Below, piece by piece: positions 55,328 through 64,000 of a stretch of 64,000 bases of DNA. The translations under genes and the position numbers were made by a program. The notes beneath the pieces were generated by a model, which saw nothing but the letters and a program-made list of their open reading frames with translations, was not told the DNA's origin and did not search any database. Numbering within the stretch: the first letter of the stretch is position 1; every line of letters starts with the position of its first letter. Source of the DNA: Utricularia gibba. Taxonomy: Eukaryota; Plantae; Magnoliophyta. The DNA is taken from assembly GCA_002189035.1 (NCBI GenBank), contig CM007989.1, forward strand, positions 4,216,001-4,280,000, in the 5' to 3' direction.

Positions 55328-56397
55328 CCCCCCTAGCGATTGACTCCCAAAAATCAGGGAGGAGAAAGTAGAGGACCGAAACAATAAAGCAGGAATTCAA
55401 CTCCATTTCTAGGCGAACGCGGAGCAGAGAAAGAAATTCATCCCAAGATCATGGCATCCGCGGCAGCGGCGGCGGCGGAAGTACAGAAAGAATCCCGTGG
55501 GGAGTGCGGTCCAAGCAACAGGACTGAGAATTGAGCTGAAAGCCAGGAGGATCTCACAGTTCGTCTCAGAATTTATAGTTGGAAAGTGGCCGTCCGCCTC
55601 AACTGAGGCAACTTCACTTTTGTTTTTATTTTTTCCCCTTAAATAAAAGTTATTTATTATAACTTTTTTTTTTTTTTTTTTGAGGAAGAAAACAGGGGTA
55701 TGGTAAGCGAGACACCATCATGAATACCCATCTTGATGGATCGTACACTGACAATCTAACACACAAAGCGTGCCTATTATTAACTTTCAAATATTCCATT
55801 TTATATTCTAAATTAAATAATATTAATATCATAGTTTACCTCCTACAAAAAAATCAAGTGGATAGTATTGTGGTAATAAGAATATAAATGATATTTCGAG
55901 ATTTGTTGGAGACAATTTATGCCTATGAGAACCTTATTGAAATCGGCAAATGAAAAAAAGTGTTGCGTAGCACCTCGAGTAAATGGGATTGTTCTATATT
56001 TTGAATATGTGATTATAATATTTAATAAATTAAATATATGTTATAAAATTTGATATGTTAAATTATTATATAATTCAATATTAGAATATAAATATATATT
56101 TGTTTAAAATAAATAAAAATTTTATAGTATAATTTTTTATTTAATTACTAAAATATAGATTAAATAATTTAAGAAATTAATCACAAAATTTAAATTTATG
56201 ATTTTTCTACATAATATTATATGTTAGAACTTAAAGATTAAATATAATCATTAAAAAATATAAGCATGACATACCCATTGAGATGAATGCAAAGATTGTG
56301 AGTATGGATTCAAGAAGAGTAAAAGACAATGGTGCCCTTCTTAAAAAAATCTTTCTGTATATGATATTAAAATTTGCTGTAAAAGTTATCAATTTAA

Positions 56398-56460
<63 letters not shown>
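56398..56460. repeat. (ATT)21 microsatellite
   Basis: Uninterrupted 63-bp trinucleotide array; source of the poly-Tyr in spurious ORF 56283-56468. Confidence 0.97.
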
Positions 56461-57793
56461 TAATTTGATAGCAGTCAAAAAATGTTAATTTTATATAATA
56501 ATACAAATGTTGAGAGGCTTTTTTTGTTTGATTGAACACGACAAGGCTTCTTGTAATTGATTGGCGAGAATGAGGTGAATTAATAAATGTCCTTCCAAAT
56601 CCGACCAAACATTCCGGGCACATGCATTTAGTTTTTTATTCTAATGGAAACCACCGAAAATAAATAATTTCATATTTAGAAGCCAAAATAGTATTTCGTT
56701 CTTTGGAGTAATCGGACTTATTTGTTACCGGCCAAAAAATATATTTTATGATTTTAGATTCAAAATTTGTTTGTTAGATGAATTTAGACGTGTTATATTT
56801 ATAATAAAAAATATTTGAATTGGGATTTTAAATTAGTTTTGAAATGAAGAAGGAAAAAAACAAGAATAAATATACGATTTAATATAAAATATACCATTCG
56901 CTTAGTTTAATTCAAAACTTATAATTAAATGCATATATTAAATAAAATACATTTTAAAACTATCGTTAAATCATCTACCAAAAACCAAATTTGTGTTAGT
57001 GAATTGAGGGGTGAGATAATGTGATGTGAGGAAGCTTTTCTTACTTACTTTTGAATTGCTTCCAAATGTCAAAAATAAATAAAATAAAATTGATATTTTT
57101 CTATGTTAGATTTTATTTTAATATCCAATATTTCGAACGTTCATCAAATTCGAAAACTAGAACCATTTGATTATAAGTTTTAATTTTTATTTAATTATAA
57201 TATTATTTTGTTATCATTTTGAAATTTTAAATCACTTATCATGTTTCACCACTCTGTTCGATTAGTCACATCCATTTTACCATTTATAGACAAAGATAGG
57301 TGACATACATATGGGATGGTTGAAACTAATCCCAATTAAGTTTGTATTAGAGCCTAATTACTTTAGTGACGGACTAATTCCATTGCTAATTAAACGAGCG
57401 TCTGCTTCATTTAATAGGTTCGCTATTAGGGGAAATGACTTATGAACTAAGCATCCCGATTAATGACTTTCTAAAAACGATGTAACCCACTGGATAAGTG
57501 CATTAGAATAACTTGCTATTTTTTGTTATAAATGTTTTTAATTGTATACTTAATTCCATTTATTTTCAATATAAATGCTTTCTCTCGAATAAAAAAAATG
57601 TTTATTCTGATGTGGATTTTTTTATAGGGAAATTAATATTTCATATTATTTTTGAATATATTATTTTATGCGACATATACTAAATGTCGAATCAGTATGA
57701 TATTATTATTTAGTATAAAGAATTATATTATGAATTTGTGGTGCATAAAACGACGCCACTTTATCACATTCCTGGAAACTGGAAAGGGCGATC

Positions 57794-57905
57794 CACGTGC
57801 CGCGATGAAAAGCTGGGCCCATAGCATTAAATGCGCCTGCGAATGGGCCAAGGCCCATTCATGTTGACTTTGATTTCTCACAGCCGCCCACGTGCGAAGC
57901 GTGCC
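57794..57905. promoter_or_regulatory. GC-rich island with two G-boxes and site II motifs, no adjacent gene start
   Basis: CACGTG 57794-57799 and 57889-57894; TGGGCCCA 57814-57821; perfect inverted repeat GAATGGGCC-AA-GGCCCATTC 57841-57860. Confidence 0.4.
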
Positions 57906-58656
57906 CACTCCTCATCACTGCACTCGCTCCCATCTGATTCTGCACTCCTCAATTACTGATTTTTTCTTTTTCATTTAATATATCTGTAAATGCACGGAAA
58001 CATAATTTACTTAATTATATTTTAAATTCTTTACATCTCAATAAATATACCTGATATTGTAAAATTGATTTTAACACACAGATTTTATAAACATATATTT
58101 CAACTAATATTATTTACTAAATATATTTAAAACATATTTTTTTTAAAAAAAACTCCATATTTAAAAATAGAACATATTTCAGTTTTTATTATTTTATAAT
58201 TAATAAAATTGATCCCATCATCGACCAGCAATGGATGACAATGATCAATAACCTCAGAACATTAGATCAGCAATAGTAACCATAGAATCAACACATGCGC
58301 ATTTCAAAGCATACTCAAACTTACCAAATGGGAACTTAAACTTATTATTACAAGCTCACAGTCAAATTAGAGTGATAAGTTTTGTATTGGGTAAGCATGA
58401 TATCAGAAGAAGAAGAAGGTGGGCGCTGTTTTGGCAGCCTGGGTGTTCTTCTACATCATCCAGACATAATCTGAAGCGTTCCGGTTAGCTGAGGTGAGCT
58501 TGGGAAAGCAGCTTCTTAGCCGTGGATCAATGAGCAAGATGAGTCTAAACTATCTGACTACTGAATGCTTTGGACAAGACCGTACCCGGGAATGGATTGT
58601 CGGCTTACGAAGGAAAGACAAGGTGCAAGTTGCATCATCGTCTTGCGGCTGTTGTG

Positions 58657-61600
58657 CTACTGATTCAGGAGTCTGAAGAGGATGAAGAGGGCCCCAATCA
58701 GGACCGAGAACTCGAGCAGGGACTTGGGTCCGGATGCGCGCTCCAGCAAATCCTGCCACCTGTAAGTTTAACCAGTAGACAGCCGCTGGTAAAGCCTGTT
58801 GAGAAATGGCCATGGTGACAAAAGCATATACGCGTGCAGCAAGCTGCATAAACACTAGTTGATGCGGGTAAGGAAGAGAGGTGGACAAACTGTCGAGCTA
58901 ATAGTGTGTGCTTACCAACTGCCTTCGAAAGAGGAGGCGTCTCCAAGTGTTCCCTCAAACTCTTCTAGTATAGCGCGCTGTCTTTCGGTCACTGATCTGG
59001 ATGGATGAAATGAAGGCGAACATCAGATTAAAAAGATTAATCATGGTGGTGGAATACATGCGACATTAACATCAGCAAGGGCCCAAGGTGCACATGTACG
59101 TCATTTTATATCGAGCTGCTTCCCCAAAATAAATTTTCTGAAGTAGGACATAGACAATGATAACATGACTAATATGTAACAAAAGGAGCATGATGTTCTA
59201 AAAAAAAAAAGGAGAGTCAGAGAACAACGGAGGAAAAATGAGCTCACATGGGGAAATTTATGCAGAAGCGAACGTACTGATCTCCTCGATTCACCAAAAA
59301 GCCACTCTTTGGAAATCCTAGCGTAGATCATAAATGCTAATAAATTGAAGATCAAAAGAACAGGTACATCTACAAGAGGGCCCAGAGAGTTCACACCTTT
59401 CCCTCTGAGTAAAACTAGTTGCCCGTGTTGAACCCCTTAGGTATCTGCTGTAAACGTAAGATAAAAAAAGCAAGTAAAATAAACAGGATGAGCTTGGGAA
59501 AAATTGCAACGCAACCACTAGCTGCATACTTAGAGCTTAAGAATAACAGGTCAATGTGGTTGTATATTAATGAATTATAAATATATTACTTAAATATCAG
59601 TTACTCTTGTTTCTTTTCAAAATGCCGCTACACTACATAACTTCTCGCACGAAATGAGTGAATTTCCATAGGAATGGGGTACATACTTTCAGCACAGTCT
59701 TCCCACTAATTGTAGGGATTTCAACAGTGCCACCAAGAAGCGCCTGTCAAAAAAAGTGAAACAGCAATTCTTATAAGAAAGGAGAGCATTAAGAACGAGT
59801 AATAGCGGTGATTGATTCTGTACTCTTTTTGGGAAAAAGAATGAAAAGAGTACGTGTGTTGGACGCTTAATTACGTAAGATCTAGAATTTACTTCATTAA
59901 AACACCAGGAATTAAAATTTAAATGTTTTAATGGTAAATTAATCAAACCTAATATGTTTGATTTGACCTTGTACAACTTTTATCTTTTCTCCCTGCTCAT
60001 AATTATTTTGGAGCATTTAACATGACTTTAAATCTCTTAACAAACAAAAGGTGAATAATGAATTAAACGATGGCACTCACTTGCGTAAAGCTAATAGATG
60101 AATTAACATATACATCAGCACCTTGTCTTGAAAAAATAGGATCTTCAGCAACCTGAAGAAAACATCATGTGATATTTCAACAAGACATAATTCACGACCA
60201 AAGAAACTTTGAAAAGAAAGAGAAAGGAAGGCAATTCACTTAACCAAACTTTTCTGCACACAGTTGAGCAATTAACCTTAAGGAAACTAAGAAAAATAAA
60301 GTAGCAGTGACAATCTAACAGCTATAATTGGCAACAGCCTTCCACCAAACACCATGTGATAATAAGGAGGCTTTCTCAGAATCCAAATCATAAGGCTAGG
60401 TATGGTCCACAATTCAAACAAAATCGAGGTAGAGAAATATCATTGCCTTTATCTCAATAATCAAGTCACCAGAAGGCAATCCTGATCCAGAAAAATTACC
60501 AGCATCCTGTACACGAATAGTATCGCCAGTATCCATACCTAGTGCAAAATATAACACCCGAGTAAGAAACGACAGTAAAAACTTCACAATGAATTCAGCA
60601 TTTTAACAATACATTGACATCCAACCTGGAGGTACTGACACTTTAACATCTCTGACTCCCCTGGAAAGCCCTGATCCTTTGCAGGCCAAGCAGTATTCCT
60701 GATAAATATACCCTTTTTATCAGAATAACAATAAAAGAGCGTATTATAAAAAGCATGAGAAATATGCTTGACCTTGATGATTCGACCAGAGCCTCTGCAT
60801 GTATTGCAAGTTGTGATAAACGGTGCCACTATTACCTGAATACCAAAAATCAATGAAAAGTTTTCAAAAAATTTTAAAGAGAATGATAATCATGAAGAGA
60901 AGTACAAATACAAATACAATAATTTCATCAAAATGAATAGAAAACAAATATTTACTCTTCCAGATCCTTGACAAGTGGAGCACATCTTCACTTTAGCATC
61001 CAATGAGTGCCCCCGGCCATCTACATGTGAATACAAGGATGAAAGATGCCCAGGATTAAAGAACAAACACTCCAATCATGATTTCTTAGGTGCATAAAAT
61101 ACCATACAATAGTAATAAGAAACTCGCTCAAAATTAAATCCCACAGTCTTTAAATAAACAGGAAGTTTCACATAACTTATAGTCAAGTGTGCGTGACTGT
61201 AGAAATAAAAGCTGATCATTCACGGAATATCAAGAAAAGTGTGGTAGTTGAATAACTAGAAACAAAGACGCAGATTTATTTTAATCTATAAGTAGGTCTG
61301 TCCATCAAATTCAGAGCTAGGCAGTCAAATATAGAGATCGGCTAGTTAATAAGGAAACAGAAGGCCGAATGGTTGGACACTTACAGCAAGATTCACATGG
61401 CAAATCTGCTTCACACGATAAATGCCTTGTGCATCCTTCAGCAGCTTCAGAAAATGTAAGCACGAGTTCCACCTATTTTCAAAATAATTAAAACTAAAAA
61501 ATTCTCTAATTGAAGAGATAAAACAAGGTATTTACAGAACTAACTCACATGAATATCACTACCCATACTTTCAGCTCCATTTTCAAATATCTGCAACATT

Positions 61601-62808
61601 CAACAAAGAAACAAGGATGTCGATATTTCAGAACAATTAATAGAAAGCAGCCAAACATTCCAAGAAACATGGAAGCAGCAAAGGAAGTACCTCAGAGAAT
61701 ATTTCATGGAATGAATCAGAAAAACTTGTCCTATGCTCAAATCTAGCACCATCCCCATCCCTTGTTGAATGCGTAGGATCCTGGTACCACCCAGAATAGT
61801 TTTTCATCTGTTTCATATCAGCATTTCCAAGAATAAATAATCAGAAGTTACAAAATGCGATTGGAAATCAGAATGAAGGCGGATTCCATAATAATCCAAG
61901 GAAAGAAGTAAACAAAAAAAAAACCTTATCATATTGAGATTTCTTGTCAGGATCTCGCAGAGTCTGCAGTTACTACCATAAAAAAAGCAAAGGGTTAGAA
62001 AAGAACTACGTTAAGAAAGTTAGAAAAGCAGAAGCCTATGAAAGACCTCATATGCATCTCTAATCTCTTGGAATTTCCTCTTTGCAGAAACGTTGTTCTT
62101 GTTTGCATCAGGATGGTACTTCTTTGCAAGCTACATTGCCAAGCATAGAAAGTAAAAAATAACATTAGAAATCATATAAAAAAGAATGGTACTTATTTGC
62201 ACGCTACATCCACTTTTCTTTTCTTACATTTTGAAAAGCCTTTTTAATATCCTGCGCAGTTGCATCTTTTGAAATTCCAAGAATATCATAGTAGTCACGT
62301 TCTGCAGAACGACAGACTCCTGTTCGAATTGAGTATTATGCATAAAATCATCAAAATCAAACCACTTATTCAAGCGCAAAACCTGTGGCATGGATATAAC
62401 GCAGTGCCCAAGGCAACCGGGATGGTGAAAAATCATGGAATATTCTGCTGGAGAAGCACCATTGTGCGCAAGCTAAGCATTAAAAAGATTCATTTTTCAG
62501 TTACATCAGGAATAGAATGATCCAAACATTACCCAGTTGAGCATGTAAGCATTTAAAAAAACAAGAGCAAACCTGCAGAACGGAACATAGCTCGTTGAAA
62601 AAACGACGGATTACTGAATAAGAGGACAGTGGGTGATCTTACGGAAACCTCGCACCAATACTGGAAACAAAGGCAACATAATTGGCGAATGACTACGTCC
62701 AAATAGAGAGGAAACAAAATCTGCGAAGACCAAAAAAAAAAAAGAATCTACCAGAAACTTCCGCACAAGTGATCCTCGTGGGAGAGGCAGCCGTCTCAGG
62801 CGCACCAT
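58657..62808 (-). CDS. Type I DnaJ chaperone, mitochondrial ATJ1-like with C-terminal TM helix, about 17 exons; exon 2 uncertain
   Basis: RYIHATG|[14 protein letters not shown]; LAKKYHPD; CxxCxGxG repeats ([24 protein letters not shown]); [12 protein letters not shown]; ends [34 protein letters not shown]. Confidence 0.9.
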
Positions 62809-63400
62809 TCCGCAGACTATCCAAATCGGAAATCAAAGGCGTTTGTCCAAACAACCAGCCGCACTTTCGCCGCAAGGACAACTCTTCTCATTTCATCGAG
62901 CGGTGCTACTGGCTCTGGCTTCTACCTTGGGGAACAAGACAGTGCTCAACATTCAACCCTGGCAACGGCTCGCGACCCGCGAACCCGGTTCAAAAATGGT
63001 TGTCAGAATTGAGAGAGACATCGTTGGCTCTCATCGAACCGGGTCTTGTCAAATCCACGATAACAAGACCCGAAAGCCGTTATTTGACCCATTTGGTTAC
63101 GCATCCACCAATTTGTACCACATTCAATTTGCATAAATTCATTTCTAATGAGTTTGGTATGCTATATTAAGTAGAAAATATTCATAAATATATACAAATT
63201 TTGGGGTTAGAATTGGAATTTGACATCTATTCTAGGATATACCAATCTCATTTTTCTTATAATTCATTTTACATTAAAAATAATGAATAAATAATTATAT
63301 TTTCATTTAATGAAATGTTCCGCATCCATATATTCTTAATCCATTTACGTATACCAATCAAAAAATTTCCCAAATATATATTTAAATCTCACAATATAAC

Positions 63401-63440
63401 GGGCCGTGATGGTTACTGGGCCGTGATCATGGGCTTGAAT
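63401..63440. promoter_or_regulatory. Site II motifs in the DnaJ promoter
   Basis: gggccgtgat direct repeat (63401, 63418), plus tgggct and gcccaac nearby; typical of nuclear genes for mitochondrial proteins. Confidence 0.45.
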
Positions 63441-64000
63441 TAGTGAGCAAACAGCCCAACCAAAATTAGGATGCTACAACTTGAAGACGTGTGACTTTTA
63501 ATTTTAATTTGGATTTAATGTATGATTTCTTTTAATTTACTATTAAATTAATATTTTTTAATGCGAAAAACATTAATTAATAATATCAAGTGTAACAATC
63601 GAAAAAAATGTTTGATATGTAAAAATAGAAATAGAAACAATTTTTTTAAATAGATATAAATGAGAAAAAATATTTTAATATAGATATATTTAACTTTTAT
63701 CATCCACATACTTAAAAAATAAGTATGTGAGTGGTATATTCATACAAAATTGGCCTACATATACTATAATTAATATGTAAGTGATATTATCATGTAAACT
63801 AGTTAATTAAATAATGATTTATATATAAATTTGAATATAAATCTTATATACTATATATTACCAAACAACACTGCGAAACCCTCCATTTGAGCTACTAAGT
63901 GAGTGTGTAAATTGCTATAGAAACCAATAGTGTGGTTGTAGGAAGAGCATGAGTGAAACACGCAGGAGAATAGAGCAGTCTCATTATTGCCATTTGAGAT

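Noticed and set aside
55451-55534. Short + ORF MASAAAAAAEVQKESRGE...
   Set aside because: Produced by a (GCG)n tract in the GT14-like 5'UTR on the opposite strand; 27 aa with no support.
56283-56468. Poly-Tyr ORF
   Set aside because: Translation of the (ATT)21 microsatellite.
62682-63170. 162-aa + ORF overlapping the DnaJ 5' end
   Set aside because: Non-ATG start, antisense to the DnaJ first exon and UTR, no domain-like content.

Overview
This is gene-dense nuclear DNA from a flowering plant (eudicot). It has GT-AG introns, very AT-rich spacers and about 18 protein-coding genes in 64 kb. In order: MYBPA1-like R2R3-MYB (5'-truncated), GH29 alpha-L-fucosidase, DUF3475/DUF668 protein, AVT1H-like amino-acid transporter, ALIS/CDC50, WDL7-like TPX2 protein, cystinosin homolog, RUG3-like RCC1 protein, NOI/RIN4-like protein, RabB GTPase, a small uncharacterised protein, SGF29, glucuronokinase, AGCVIII kinase, RBM26/27-like CCCH-RRM protein, raffinose synthase, GT14-like/DUF266 glycosyltransferase and a mitochondrial-type DnaJ. 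Non-genic content includes a decayed PMEI pseudogene that the ORF track misses, Copia RT remnants, a 2.2-kb PIF/Harbinger derivative with TIRs, a probable hAT-type MITE and an (ATT)21 microsatellite. No tRNA, rRNA or CRISPR feature was found. The strongest window-wide signal is nine apparent 1-bp deletions in short homopolymers that frameshift 7 of the 18 genes; this is most likely long-read assembly error. I found no convincing new multi-gene system. The best biological leads are a divergent AGC kinase with a long, possibly overlapping uORF, a two-exon internal duplication in the WDL7-like gene, a duplicated splice donor in the cystinosin gene and orphan promoter-like islands. All family assignments come from motif recognition by eye and from memory; no database search was run.
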